Shown: positions 32,362 to 42,446, counted from the stretch's first letter. The stretch is DNA of 64,000 nucleotides from Desulfosudaceae bacterium (GCA_963674745.2 CAXXDV010000001.1:1440001-1504000); one strand, 5' to 3'. A program made the numbers and translations. Notes: generated by a model not told the origin, from the sequence alone.

Positions 32362-34281
32362 TCAGCCGGTCAGGGTGAAGCCAAGACCGAGTTTTTTCAG
32401 CGTCTTGTTTGTGGGCACGCCGTTTTCATCCCACCCCCTCAGCTTGTAAAATTTGGGAAGCATTTTGTCCAGACGGACTAACCTTTTGGAATCACCGGAT
32501 AATGGTTCATGGGTAAACCTTTTGGGAAGCCAGTCGGATTTTCTGTCAATGCCTTCCCGCAGGTTAAACATCCGTTCCAGTGTAAATCCCCGGTTGCCGG
32601 CCGCCGTAAACCGACCGAAATCCATGGGCATTCCTGTTGCCTGGTGCAATGCTTTGGGGTGAGGAAGCATGGGTAAATGAATTTTTTGCATCCATGGCGG
32701 AAGACGCAGCATCCAATCGATTACCGGCCAGGTCCAGGTCAGCAGAAAAGTGACCACAGCGGATGCGGCCGGATGGTCCGGCAGCTTGAATGCCTGGGGC
32801 GGGACAAAGGTCCAGGATGTAAACAGGCAGTTACCGCCGGCACTGATGGCCGAAAGCAGGTTCTGGTCCAGAACCACCCAGCCCGGCTTGGAGCGAACAT
32901 GCAACGGTTTTAAGGTGGCCGGACCGGACACCTCGAAATAAATCATGTAACCGCCGTCCAGGTGACAGGCCCCCCGGTTGGCGGTGGCATAACCCAGGCC
33001 GTGCCCCACCGCAGAGCGCGGCTCATATGCGGCCATCTCCAACCCCTTGGAATGCGCGGCAAAATCTTCTCCGCCGTATTTTGCGGCCAGGCGTTTGACG
33101 CCTTCGGCCAGATCGTTTCCAATTCCCCGGCGATAGGCGATATCTTCGATAACAGCGGAAATATTGTCCGCCTTGCCGAATTCCAGGCCGTTATCCCATA
33201 GTCCTTTCTGGTTCAGCTCTGTCGCGAACCCCAGAATATTACCGATGCTGATGGTATCCATGCCCAGGCAATCCAGCTCATAGTTCCAGCGGATAATCGC
33301 TTCCATGTCATTTATCCCCAGGTTGGACCCCATCAGGCAGAGGATTTCGTATTCCGGACCTTTGATTTCCTCTCCCTTGTATTCCACCACCCGCCCGCAA
33401 CGGATGGGACAGGAAATGCAGCCGCTGTTTTTTATTAAAAACGTGTCAGCCAGGCGTTCACCACTGATATCATGGGCTTTTTCAAACGTGCCTTGAGAAA
33501 AGTTTCTGGTCGGCAGGGCGTTGTTGCGGGAGAGAATGTTCAAAAAAACGGCTGTCCCGTATTTGGGGACGATATCGCCGGTGGCGGGATGACCCTGAAG
33601 CAGTTTGATCCATTTTTTGACGGTTTTTTTGAAGGCTTCGGGTTGGGCCAGGAGAATTTTCTGGTTTCCGTGGGCAACCATGCCTTTGAGGTTTTTTGAT
33701 CCCATGACCGCCCCCATGCCGGTCCGGCCGTGGCTTCTTTCCTGGGAGACAACCGAGGCAAACCGGACCAGGTTTTCCCCGGCCGGGCCGATGGCCATGG
33801 CGCCGCCCTTGATGTCCTTCAGCATGCCTTTCTGGGCTTTCTGCGTATCCGCACCCCATAACGCGCCGGCATCTTTGATGGCCACGCGCCCGTCATTAAG
33901 TTCGATATAGACCGGCCGGTCGGCCTTGCCGCGGACGATCACACCATCGAACCCGGCGCGTTTTAAATGAATGCCGAAATTGCCGCCGCTGTTGGAATGA
34001 CCGATTCCGCCGGTCAGGGGGCTTTTGGCGGAAATATCGTACCGGCTGGAAGAGGGCGCGCCGGTTCCGGTTAAGGGCGAGGTCATGACCACCAGGATGT
34101 TATCCGGGCCAAGCGCATCCACCCCCGGCTTGAGTTTATCCCACAGTATTTTGGTGGCTAGAAACCGGCCGCCGAGAAATTTTTCCCGGTCTTCATCGGC
34201 CAGCCGATAATCGGCAACGGTTCCCGAAGAAAGATCAATGTCCACTACCCGCCCGGTATAACCGTTGAGTTGAGATGTCAT
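32362..34281 (-). CDS. Aldehyde:ferredoxin oxidoreductase family (W/Mo) protein
   Basis: AKSPLTG, IGPAGEN, GMGAVMGSKNLK, CISCPIRC, EYE, RGACH. Confidence 0.93.
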   Translation of the reverse strand: MTSQLNGYTGRVVDIDLSSGTVADYRLADEDREKFLGGRFLATKILWDKLKPGVDALGPDNILVVMTSPLTGTGAPSSSRYDISAKSPLTGGIGHSNSGGNFGIHLKRAGFDGVIVRGKADRPVYIELNDGRVAIKDAGALWGADTQKAQKGMLKDIKGGAMAIGPAGENLVRFASVVSQERSHGRTGMGAVMGSKNLKGMVAHGNQKILLAQPEAFKKTVKKWIKLLQGHPATGDIVPKYGTAVFLNILSRNNALPTRNFSQGTFEKAHDISGERLADTFLIKNSGCISCPIRCGRVVEYKGEEIKGPEYEILCLMGSNLGINDMEAIIRWNYELDCLGMDTISIGNILGFATELNQKGLWDNGLEFGKADNISAVIEDIAYRRGIGNDLAEGVKRLAAKYGGEDFAAHSKGLEMAAYEPRSAVGHGLGYATANRGACHLDGGYMIYFEVSGPATLKPLHVRSKPGWVVLDQNLLSAISAGGNCLFTSWTFVPPQAFKLPDHPAASAVVTFLLTWTWPVIDWMLRLPPWMQKIHLPMLPHPKALHQATGMPMDFGRFTAAGNRGFTLERMFNLREGIDRKSDWLPKRFTHEPLSGDSKRLVRLDKMLPKFYKLRGWDENGVPTNKTLKKLGLGFTLTG

Positions 34282-34307
34282 GCCCCCTCCTTATGAATTT
34301 GTTTTGA

Positions 34308-35669
34308 TTAAATAATATTGCCACCGGCCGGTTGCCGGCCGTTTTGATCCGATGTGTTACCGGCCATATAAATGGTTCGGCTGGGAAACGCAAAGCTGAT
34401 CCCGGCTTCGGAAAACCGGCGCATGATTTCCAGGGCCGTTCTCTGGACCCAGTCCATGTAAGCCCAGTAGTCCGGCGGATGATACCAGGCCACCACCAGG
34501 AGATTCAGGCTCCAGTCGTTGAAATTATTAAAATATACCCGGGGCGGCGAATCTTCATGCATGCCCTCGTGGTGGTGCAGTATTTCTTTTATGATGGATA
34601 CCGCCTGCTCGACTTTTTCCGGCGGCGTGTCATAGGTAATACCGATATTGGTCAGCCAGCGGATATTGGGCCGGCGGCCGATGTTTTCGATCGAGGAATT
34701 GGTTATTTTTTCATTGGGGATGGTCAGCAGGTGGCCGGTCAGGGTGCGGATCCGGGTGCTGCGAAAGCCAACCGATTCCACCGTACCGTCATGCCCGTCG
34801 ATAAGGATCCGTTCCCCGGGTTGAAACGGCTTGTCAAAAACAATGGTCATGGTGCCGAAGAAGTTGGCGATGGAGTCTTTGGCGGCCAGGGCGAGGGCAA
34901 TACCGCCGATTCCCAGAGAAGCCAGCAGGGGGCCGATTTTAATACCGGTCATGTTCTGGATCAGGACGACACCGCCCAGGACAATGATCAGGACGCGCAA
35001 TGTTTTACCCACCAGGGGCACCAGGATTTCATTCATTTTGCCGTCTGTTTTCTGGGCCCAGCGTTTTAAATGAATATCCACCAGCGCCACCAGACGGACC
35101 AGAAACCAGATTGCGACAACGAACGTGATCAGGCGAACGGCAAAATCGCAGGCCGTCTGAAAAGGATTAAGGCCGCTTTGAAGCGCACCATAACCAAACA
35201 GGGGCGTCAGGGCGACATATATGCCATAAGTAAAAAAGAGGACGGAGAACGGCCGGGAAAGTGCTTGGAAAAAATAGCCGACCAGGGAAAATTCCTCCCC
35301 CTGTTCCTGACTGCAAGCCGCTTTTTTCCGTATCAGCCACAGCAGCATTCTTTCCAGAACAATGACCAACGCCAGAATTACCGCGCAAAAAACAACCGTA
35401 AACCAGGAGATTTTACCGAGCGCTTTTTTTTTGGCCCATGGTCCAACCAGAGACGCGGACTTTTTTTCAAGGGCGCCGATGGATGTTGCCAGTAAACTGG
35501 TGCCGGTGGTGATTTTCGGCCGTGCGGAATGTTTCACCTGTTCATCTGCGGCGGTTGTTGCGGCCTGGTCCTGCTGACCGGCGGCTATATCCGGTAATGC
35601 CGCCGGTACCATGATCAGCAAAAACCCCATGGCCAGTGAAAAGATACGGTTTTTCGCGTTTGACATCAT
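34308..35669 (-). CDS. MscS family mechanosensitive channel
   Basis: ASLGIGGIALALAAKDSIANFF, KPFQPGE, GFRSTRIR. Confidence 0.92.
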   Translation of the reverse strand: MMSNAKNRIFSLAMGFLLIMVPAALPDIAAGQQDQAATTAADEQVKHSARPKITTGTSLLATSIGALEKKSASLVGPWAKKKALGKISWFTVVFCAVILALVIVLERMLLWLIRKKAACSQEQGEEFSLVGYFFQALSRPFSVLFFTYGIYVALTPLFGYGALQSGLNPFQTACDFAVRLITFVVAIWFLVRLVALVDIHLKRWAQKTDGKMNEILVPLVGKTLRVLIIVLGGVVLIQNMTGIKIGPLLASLGIGGIALALAAKDSIANFFGTMTIVFDKPFQPGERILIDGHDGTVESVGFRSTRIRTLTGHLLTIPNEKITNSSIENIGRRPNIRWLTNIGITYDTPPEKVEQAVSIIKEILHHHEGMHEDSPPRVYFNNFNDWSLNLLVVAWYHPPDYWAYMDWVQRTALEIMRRFSEAGISFAFPSRTIYMAGNTSDQNGRQPAGGNII

Positions 35670-35799
35670 CTGAAAATCCTCCTTGTAAAAAAAGGTGCTT
35701 TACAGAAAACAAACGAGGAAACAGACGCTTCTGCTGTGACCGGTTTTACTGAAGTTGATTTGGCCCCGAACCCTTGGCGCCTTCCGCTACATATTACCG

Positions 35800-36657
35800 C
35801 TAATATAACTTCCGTTTGCCAAAAGTAGACCCTATCACGTTAAAGGTGTTTTCCACAACAAAAAGCGCATCCGGATCATGAGAAAACACGAGGTTTTCCA
35901 GTTGTTTGAGCATCATGTTGTTGGTGATGGTCATCAGAATGTCCTGCTCTTTCCGGCGGTAGGCACCGAAACCTTTGATAAACGTCGATGTCTGGTTGTA
36001 CCGGCTCAACAGTTCATTGGCGATGGTGTGGTTTTTGTTGCTGATAATCAGGGCCATCTTCCGGGCATTGAAAAGGGTCAGCATGTACTCGATCATGGCT
36101 GAAGAGAGAAAGACGACGATCAGCGAAGCGATAAACTGGTCGGCGGTGAAAAAATGCAGAAAAAATCCGAACAGAATTGCGTTGAATATCAGGTAAAACC
36201 GGCCGATGCCCAGGTTAAAACGCTGGTTTAAAATGATGGCGATGACATCCATACCGCCGCCGCTGCCCAGGGATCGCAGAATCATGCCGCTTCCGGCCCC
36301 GCACAGAAGACCGCCGGCAATGGCGGCATAGGTCTGGTTTTCAAACCCGAAATCAAGATTGATAAGCATCGAACACAGGGTGAGGGTCAGGGTGGCATAA
36401 AGGCTGTAAAAGAAGAACCGCCGGCTGATATAAAAAAAGCAGAGCAGGAAGATGGGAATATTCAGCAGGAGAAACCACAGTCCCGGGGAAAACTCGTTGC
36501 TCAGGTAGTATATCAGCAGCCCGATGCCGTAGAGCCCGCCGACAATAAACTCTTGATGAATCAGCACCCCTTTAACACCGAGCGAAAAAACAAAGGAACC
36601 GGCCGTAATTAAAAACAGGTTGTAGGGAATGCGGTAAGTGTATTCTTTATTGTTCAT
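35800..36657 (-). CDS. YitT family membrane protein
   Basis: GGLYGI, LNIP, GSGGGMDVIA, DPDAL. Confidence 0.88.
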   Translation of the reverse strand: MNNKEYTYRIPYNLFLITAGSFVFSLGVKGVLIHQEFIVGGLYGIGLLIYYLSNEFSPGLWFLLLNIPIFLLCFFYISRRFFFYSLYATLTLTLCSMLINLDFGFENQTYAAIAGGLLCGAGSGMILRSLGSGGGMDVIAIILNQRFNLGIGRFYLIFNAILFGFFLHFFTADQFIASLIVVFLSSAMIEYMLTLFNARKMALIISNKNHTIANELLSRYNQTSTFIKGFGAYRRKEQDILMTITNNMMLKQLENLVFSHDPDALFVVENTFNVIGSTFGKRKLY

Positions 36658-36816
36658 GGCCGTTTTTCTTTATCGATACCGTTTGAATTTTGTTTCAAGC
36701 AAAAACAATTTCCCCGGGTTTGTCAAGATTTCTCGGAGGGCGACATAAAAACGGTATTAATTTGCAAATCCGGCAAAAGCGGTTTATAAACCGGATAAAA
36801 ATTTTTGGAGGTTAAA

Positions 36817-38217
36817 ATGGAAACCGTTATTACACGTTTCCCGCCGAGCCCGACCGGTCATTTACATATCGGTGGTGCCAGGACGGCCCTGTTTAACTGG
36901 CTTTACGCCAGGCATACCGGGGGCAGATTTGTGCTGCGCATTGAAGACACCGACGTTCAGCGCTCCACCCAGGCCTCGGTCGAGGGGATTCTCGAATCCC
37001 TCGGGTGGCTTGGCATCGACTGGGATGAAGGCCCCTATTTCCAGTCGGAACGGTTTGATATTTATAAAGATTATGTGAAGCGGCTGCTTGATCAGGGGCA
37101 GGCTTATTATTGCGACTGCACGGCCGAACAACTGGAAGAAAAGCGGAAACAGGCCCTGGCCAAAGGGGCCAACCCGGTTTATGACGGGACCTGTCGCGAA
37201 AGAAACCTTTCCCCGTCCGACAAGACCGTTGTCCGGTTCCGGACGCCCGATGCGGGAAAAACCATTCTTGATGACAGCGTCAAAGGCCATATTGCATTCG
37301 ATAACACGGAAATCGGCGACTTTGTCATTTTCAGAAGCGATGGCACCCCTACTTATAACTTTGCGGTCGTGGTCGATGATATCACCATGAACATCAACAC
37401 CATTATCCGCGGAGATGACCATGTCACCAATACGCCCCGTCAGATCATGCTCTATCAGGCCCTGGGTTGTGAACTGCCGACCTTTGCCCACGTTCCCATG
37501 GTGCTGGGCAGCGACCGGGCCCGGTTGAGCAAGCGGCACGGCGCCATGTCCGTACTGGAGTACCGGGAGATGGGGTTCCTCCCCGCCGGCCTGCTGAATT
37601 ATCTCGTCCGGCTGGGGTGGTCATATGGTGATCAGGAATACTTCACCATGGATGAACTCATCGAAAAATTCTCCCTGGACCATATCGGCAAATCAGCCGG
37701 TGTGTTCAACCCGGAAAAGCTGGTGGCCATAAATGCCGAACACATTAAAAACAGTCCTCCGGAATACCTGGCCGGACACCTGCGGCCGATTCTCAAAGAC
37801 AGGGGATACACGGTTGATGATGACCGTTATTTGAATGAGGCGATTACCACCCTGACCCTGCGCAGCAAGACCATGTGCGAAATGGCCGATAAGGCCGCGT
37901 TTTATTTTGAAGAACCGCTTCAGTACGATGAAAAAGCCGCCAAAAAATTTCTGATCGCGGATAACCTGGAAGTTCTTCAAATGATATCAGCAGCGGTTGA
38001 AGGTGCGGCCGATTTCACCCAGGAAGCCCTGGAGCCGGTATTTCAGAAAATAATGGATGAAACCGGTATAAAGTTCGGAAAAATCGCCCAGCCCCTGCGG
38101 GTGGCCATTACCGGTCGCACCGAAAGCCCCGGCATTTTTGAAACCATGATCGTTCTGGGGAAGCCCGAGGTCGTTAAAAGACTGGCCGCAGCCATTGATT
38201 ACATAAAAACCGCTTGA
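36817..38217 (+). CDS. gltX: Glutamyl-tRNA synthetase
   Basis: RFPPSPTGHLHIGG, LRIEDTD, RGDDH, RLSKR; ATG 36817 after GGAGG. Confidence 0.98.
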   Translation: METVITRFPPSPTGHLHIGGARTALFNWLYARHTGGRFVLRIEDTDVQRSTQASVEGILESLGWLGIDWDEGPYFQSERFDIYKDYVKRLLDQGQAYYCDCTAEQLEEKRKQALAKGANPVYDGTCRERNLSPSDKTVVRFRTPDAGKTILDDSVKGHIAFDNTEIGDFVIFRSDGTPTYNFAVVVDDITMNINTIIRGDDHVTNTPRQIMLYQALGCELPTFAHVPMVLGSDRARLSKRHGAMSVLEYREMGFLPAGLLNYLVRLGWSYGDQEYFTMDELIEKFSLDHIGKSAGVFNPEKLVAINAEHIKNSPPEYLAGHLRPILKDRGYTVDDDRYLNEAITTLTLRSKTMCEMADKAAFYFEEPLQYDEKAAKKFLIADNLEVLQMISAAVEGAADFTQEALEPVFQKIMDETGIKFGKIAQPLRVAITGRTESPGIFETMIVLGKPEVVKRLAAAIDYIKTA

Positions 38218-38266
38218 CTTTTTTCTTGACCTAAAATAAGCGGGTTTGTTATTGTTAAAAAGATAT

Positions 38267-38340
38267 TGAGGGATCGTCTAATGGCAGGACGACGGGTTCT
38301 GGCCCCGTTAGTCAAGGTTCGAATCCTTGTCCCTCAGCCA
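38267..38340 (+). tRNA. tRNA-Gln (CTG)
   Basis: Acceptor TGAGGGA/TCCCTCA-G-CCA, anticodon stem ACGGG/CCCGT with loop TT-CTG-GC, GGTTCGAATCC T-arm. Confidence 0.95.
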
Positions 38341-38348
38341 ATAATTTT

Positions 38349-38385
38349 CGGGGATTTGCGATGATGATCGCAAGTCCCCGTTTTT
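38349..38385 (+). terminator. Intrinsic terminator after tRNA-Gln
   Basis: CGGGGATTTGCGAT-GATG-ATCGCAAGTCCCCG followed by TTTTT. Confidence 0.75.
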
Positions 38386-38533
38386 ATTGGTTCGGTTTCC
38401 GCTTGAGCTTTCTTGTGTGGCGTTTTTTATTGGCTCAATTCAGAACTGGCGACACGATTAAGACTAACTCCTGTGTGAAGCCGTTCGTTAGCCCTGTGTT
38501 TTGCATGGCTTTTCTCTTTGAGACGATGTGTTC

Positions 38534-39646
38534 CTATACGGCACTGAAGACCGTATCATACTCAGGAGCCATGTTCTGCCAGGAATACTGTTCAATACAA
38601 TGACGGAAATTTTTCTGTCGGATCGTCTCGATCTCTTGCAGGGACCTTGCAAGTTTTTCAACGAGTTCCTGGAAGTCATGGTAAAAGAGTTCAGGATACT
38701 CTTCATAAGGAACAAGTTCAGGATAGGTAAGACGCTTTGGCAGTAAGGGGTAACAACCACAATAGAGGGCTTCAACAATGCTTGCTCCGAAAAAATCATG
38801 GTGGGATGTCACCGGGACGATGTCGGCGCGATAAAGCCACCGTGCGTATGGTAGAAATTCTTCAGCATACCCATAGTGAACAACCTTGTTTCCCAACTTC
38901 ACGCGAGCCTTTTCAAAAATGGGGTGGTTTCGGCGGAAATTCTTTCCAAGAATTGCCACACGAAAATCCAGACCTTGCTCGTTCAGCACAAAGAGGGCCT
39001 GGAAGAACTCATCGGGATTTTTATCGTATTCCCAACGATGGTTCCAGAGAATAAGTGGCGCTTGACCACAATGTTCTTCACGCTGTTGTTGAAGTTCGGC
39101 GGCCTGAAATTTCTGGAAATCTACTCCGAGAGGTAACACCCTGCTTTTGGCACGAATGGTTGCTACCGTTCCCAACTCGTTGCAATCGGGGAATTGTTCC
39201 AGAAAGCGGGGTAATTTGTCGAAAAAGGCTGTGTAATGATACTGTGAGTTGAACACCACCGCATCCGCCGCAAGTGCGGAGCTATAATTGATAAATCCAT
39301 AATGGTGATCTCGCTTCTGCAGAACATCGCGATCCGTAGGCAACCAGGGGTAACATATTTGGTTTTCGTGGAAATAGATCGCAACAGGAATCGCAGAAGT
39401 CTTGTGGCGAGTCAAGGCCAGAAAGGTTGTCAGGTCGAGCATATCTGTGACAAGAAGCAGGTCCGGCATCGCGCCGGACGCCAAAAATTTTGTTGCCAGC
39501 GTAACTGCGCCGCCATGCATACGCCACTTCCAATAATTCCCACTGAGACTCAGAATGTCAATCTTGTGTTCGCTATACTGAGCGTATGCTGTAGCCCAAG
39601 CTGCATGCGAACCGGTAAAAAAAGGTTCAATGAGGGTAATATTCAT
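38534..39646 (-). CDS. GT-B glycosyltransferase with DUF3524 N-terminus (GTDC1/QTMAN-like)
   Basis: EPFFTGSH, WKWRMHGGA, YFHENQ, WNHRWEYDKNP, HDFFG..EA. Confidence 0.82.
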   Translation of the reverse strand: MNITLIEPFFTGSHAAWATAYAQYSEHKIDILSLSGNYWKWRMHGGAVTLATKFLASGAMPDLLLVTDMLDLTTFLALTRHKTSAIPVAIYFHENQICYPWLPTDRDVLQKRDHHYGFINYSSALAADAVVFNSQYHYTAFFDKLPRFLEQFPDCNELGTVATIRAKSRVLPLGVDFQKFQAAELQQQREEHCGQAPLILWNHRWEYDKNPDEFFQALFVLNEQGLDFRVAILGKNFRRNHPIFEKARVKLGNKVVHYGYAEEFLPYARWLYRADIVPVTSHHDFFGASIVEALYCGCYPLLPKRLTYPELVPYEEYPELFYHDFQELVEKLARSLQEIETIRQKNFRHCIEQYSWQNMAPEYDTVFSAV

Positions 39647-39663
39647 TACGATTCTGTAGCGCC

Positions 39664-40128
39664 CTATTTGTCTAACCTTTGCTTACGACGGATTGATTTA
39701 ATCACCTCGTCGAGCTGATAAAGAAAACGTGATCGGTCAGCCTTCCTTAGCGGTGCAGGACCTCCTGTTATTTCTCCAGCGCCACGAAGATCTGACAACA
39801 GGTTACGGGTCGCGACCGCATCACCGATATTTCTTTCCTCGAACTGCTTTCCGGTTGGGCCAATTGCACTTGCACCCTCCTTCAGACAGCGGCTTGCAAG
39901 CGGAATATCCGCGGTGACAACGATGTCGTGAGGTTGCACCTGCCCGACAATCCAATCATCGGCAGCATCGAAACCCTCCGCTACAACTTCGAGAGAAATC
40001 CATCGCTCATTCGGAACTCGCATCCATGAGTTAGCCACCAAGATGACTTTAAGGCGATGTCGGCTTGCGACCCGGTACACTTCCTGTTTGACCGGGCACG
40101 CATCAGCATCTACAAAAATATTCAGCAA
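39664..40128 (-). CDS. YaiI/YqxD (DUF188) family protein
   Basis: IFVDADACPVK, AADDWI, VTADIPLA, TGGP; TTG start at 40128 after AAAGGAG. Confidence 0.9.
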   Translation of the reverse strand: MLNIFVDADACPVKQEVYRVASRHRLKVILVANSWMRVPNERWISLEVVAEGFDAADDWIVGQVQPHDIVVTADIPLASRCLKEGASAIGPTGKQFEERNIGDAVATRNLLSDLRGAGEITGGPAPLRKADRSRFLYQLDEVIKSIRRKQRLDK

Positions 40129-40316
40129 ACGAAAATCCTCTCCTTTCAATAGTACTGATCCGGCCACCTAACGAGTCCGTCACTTGGGAGCAGGGAAAGG
40201 TGATTTTTGCAAAGCCACGTTAACACCGAACCCCGATACTGAAAAAGCAGCCCGCCCTGCGAGACAAGTGCATGATTTTGTTATAACACCTTTTTATTAC
40301 CGTTAAAATTTATCCA

Positions 40317-40345
40317 TTGACATTTTACGTATTAAAATTTACAAT
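40317..40345 (+). promoter_or_regulatory. Sigma70 promoter of the Phd-RelE cassette
   Basis: TTGACA-17 nt-TACAAT. Confidence 0.8.
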
Positions 40346-40385
40346 ATGTACAAAATGAACGTTTTATACATTTGAGGTGCTCATT

Positions 40386-40637
40386 ATGCTTAACAAAATC
40401 ACAACGGCGGATGCCAGAAAAAAATTATCAAACATCATCAACAGGGTTGCTTTTGGAAACGAGTCTTTTGTCTTGACCCGTAGGGGCGAACCGGTTGCGG
40501 CTCTTGTTTCATTGAATGAACTGAAACTCCTGCAAGATATTGAAGACCAGATAGACATTGAGGATGCGTGGAAAGCAAAAAAAGAACCCGGTGAACCAAT
40601 CCCCTGGGAAGAGTTGAAAAAGGAACTTGAACTGTGA
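40386..40637 (+). CDS. Phd/YefM family antitoxin (cassette)
   Basis: ITTADARKKLSNIINRV..FVLTRRGEPVAALVS; ATG after GAGGTG. Confidence 0.9.
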   Translation: MLNKITTADARKKLSNIINRVAFGNESFVLTRRGEPVAALVSLNELKLLQDIEDQIDIEDAWKAKKEPGEPIPWEELKKELEL

Positions 40638-40900
40638 GTTATCGCATTGAGGTTAAAAGGTCTGCCGCAAAAGCGCTCCAGAAGACACCTAAAGCCGATC
40701 AAAAAAGAATAGCTGACAAAATTGATAGCCTGGCTCAAAATCCGTCGAATCCTGATACGACTAAAATGAAGGGTAACAACCCTTTTCATAAGATACGGGT
40801 CGGGGATTATCGAATAATTTACGAAATACAAGAGGAAGTCCTTATTATCCTGATAGTCAAAATTGGCCACCGTAAAGATGTCTACAAAGGCTTATCATGA
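40634..40900 (+). CDS. RelE/ParE family toxin (cassette)
   Basis: SAAKAL..KIRVGDYRIIYEI..IGHRKDVY; GTGA overlap with antitoxin. Confidence 0.92.
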   Translation: MSYRIEVKRSAAKALQKTPKADQKRIADKIDSLAQNPSNPDTTKMKGNNPFHKIRVGDYRIIYEIQEEVLIILIVKIGHRKDVYKGLS

Positions 40901-40985
40901 TTGTTTCTCTTTATGCGTTATAACGGCGGCCGCCAATGGGAGCCAGGGCTTCCTCTGACTGTCTTAATGGCGGTTAATATTCAGT

Positions 40986-41642
40986 TTACACCCGATAGCT
41001 CAAAACCCGAGTGCCCTGGCGATTCTCTTGCGATGCCTCGTTAGATAATCCTATATTTCTTTGTTGCATTTTTCGTAATGCATAATACAAAAATTCTTTT
41101 TTATTCGTTTTTAAATCATAACCATAACCCAGCTCAACTTCATTGCGGTCTTTTATGTGTATTACGATTTTATGAAATAATGAATTTTCAAAATCATACT
41201 CACTTTTTTTCTTTATTACTTGGATTGTATTTAGTGGAAAGGATCGTTTTTTTCCAAATTTGCCCACGCCGGAAAAAATTGTAACGTTACCATCAACACA
41301 TTGAAGTTCTATTTTTCCATAAACACTTTTCAGAACAGTACCAAGGCAGTATATGGGTACGATATAAAAAACACCACATACAATAATTGCTGAGATATCC
41401 AACGTTTTGGATGTGTAGCACATTAAAAGTATATAACCGAAAAATGCTGCGAAAAAAAATCCAACTAATGCATTTCCTATAGCTTGTGTTTTATCCTGAA
41501 TTAAGACACCAGCGATAAATTTGTTTGAATCTTCTAAAAGCCACGCACCTTCCGGTGGTGAATTAAGATATTGTTCAGCTAAGGAGTCTTCTTGATCAGA
41601 ATCGGAAATATCAAATCCACAATTTGGACATTTAATCTGCAT
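40986..41642 (-). CDS. Cassette protein: N-terminal CPNCG motif + two TM helices
   Basis: ATG just after R' core; ORF reads into its attC. Confidence 0.7.
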   Translation of the reverse strand: MQIKCPNCGFDISDSDQEDSLAEQYLNSPPEGAWLLEDSNKFIAGVLIQDKTQAIGNALVGFFFAAFFGYILLMCYTSKTLDISAIIVCGVFYIVPIYCLGTVLKSVYGKIELQCVDGNVTIFSGVGKFGKKRSFPLNTIQVIKKKSEYDFENSLFHKIVIHIKDRNEVELGYGYDLKTNKKEFLYYALRKMQQRNIGLSNEASQENRQGTRVLSYRV

Positions 41643-41765
41643 TTTATTTATCTAACGTCCGCCACCACCGGCGAGCAGGGGATGCGGTCTTCGCTAAAGT
41701 GAGTTCAACACCAAGCTATGCCAGGACAAAAGCAGCCCGCCCCTGCGAGTCTGTGTGAGTGGCGT

Positions 41766-41894
41766 AGCAGCTATTTTACTACGCGCTTTGAATTAAAGAC
41801 AGTGAGTCCGTTCTGTTTAAAAAACGGAAAAGGGGAGTAAAAACTCAGGCCCTAAAAAATTTTTATTCCCTATTGACTCCGGGCGGCTCATATG
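41766..41894 (+). mobile_element. 129-bp insertion inside an attC site (possible IS1111/IS110-type remnant)
   Basis: Removing it restores GAGTGGCGT|TGTTAGGC as in sibling attCs; ends TTGACTCCGGGCGGCTCATATG. Confidence 0.6.
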
Positions 41895-41896
41895 TG

Positions 41897-42157
41897 TTAG
41901 GCTGCGGATTGTTTTTTTGTATCCCACCCTGGAAATACAAGTACAGCAGGATGACATTTCAATGCTCTAGCAAGAACTTTTGCACGTTCAACACCAAGCT
42001 GAACACGGTCGTTTTCGATAGCAGAAATAGTAGATTGAGGAATACCTGTTAATTCAGCCAATTTGTTCTGGCTTAATTCCTGTAATTCCCGAATAATTCG
42101 AACTGATTCTCCTACGGATACATCCATACTTTTTTTGGCAAGCCTATAGTTTTTCAT
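41897..42157 (-). CDS. HigA-like HTH (Xre) antitoxin (cassette)
   Basis: LSQNKLAELTGIPQSTISAIEN; downstream of toxin. Confidence 0.85.
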   Translation of the reverse strand: MKNYRLAKKSMDVSVGESVRIIRELQELSQNKLAELTGIPQSTISAIENDRVQLGVERAKVLARALKCHPAVLVFPGWDTKKQSAA

Positions 42158-42158
42158 G

Positions 42159-42440
42159 TTATTTCTTCCTATAATCATGGGCGGTAATGTCAATTACCTC
42201 TATGAAGATCATGTCTCTCTCAATTCGATATATTACACGATACTGAAGCCCTAGGCGCGATGAACGGTGGCCAACCCACTGTCCAGAGAGCGACTCATCG
42301 TGAAATCCTTTAATCAGACGTAAACCTTCCGGTCCAGAAATAGCGACAATATCTTTCCATTTTTCATATCGTTTCAGCGTTTCTTGTGGCAGTCGGGGTA
42401 ACTTTCGAGTCGTTTTACGGTGTTCATATATTGTCCACAT
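42159..42440 (-). CDS. HigB/RelE-like mRNA interferase toxin (cassette)
   Basis: GFHDESLSGQWVGHRSSRLGLQYRVIY..HDY; toxin-first order. Confidence 0.85.
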   Translation of the reverse strand: MWTIYEHRKTTRKLPRLPQETLKRYEKWKDIVAISGPEGLRLIKGFHDESLSGQWVGHRSSRLGLQYRVIYRIERDMIFIEVIDITAHDYRKK

Positions 42441-42446
42441 ACTAAA

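Noticed and set aside
40170..40178. AACGAGTC start of the last attC as a MITE excision footprint
   Set aside because: Only 5 nt match the element end; indistinguishable from attC variation
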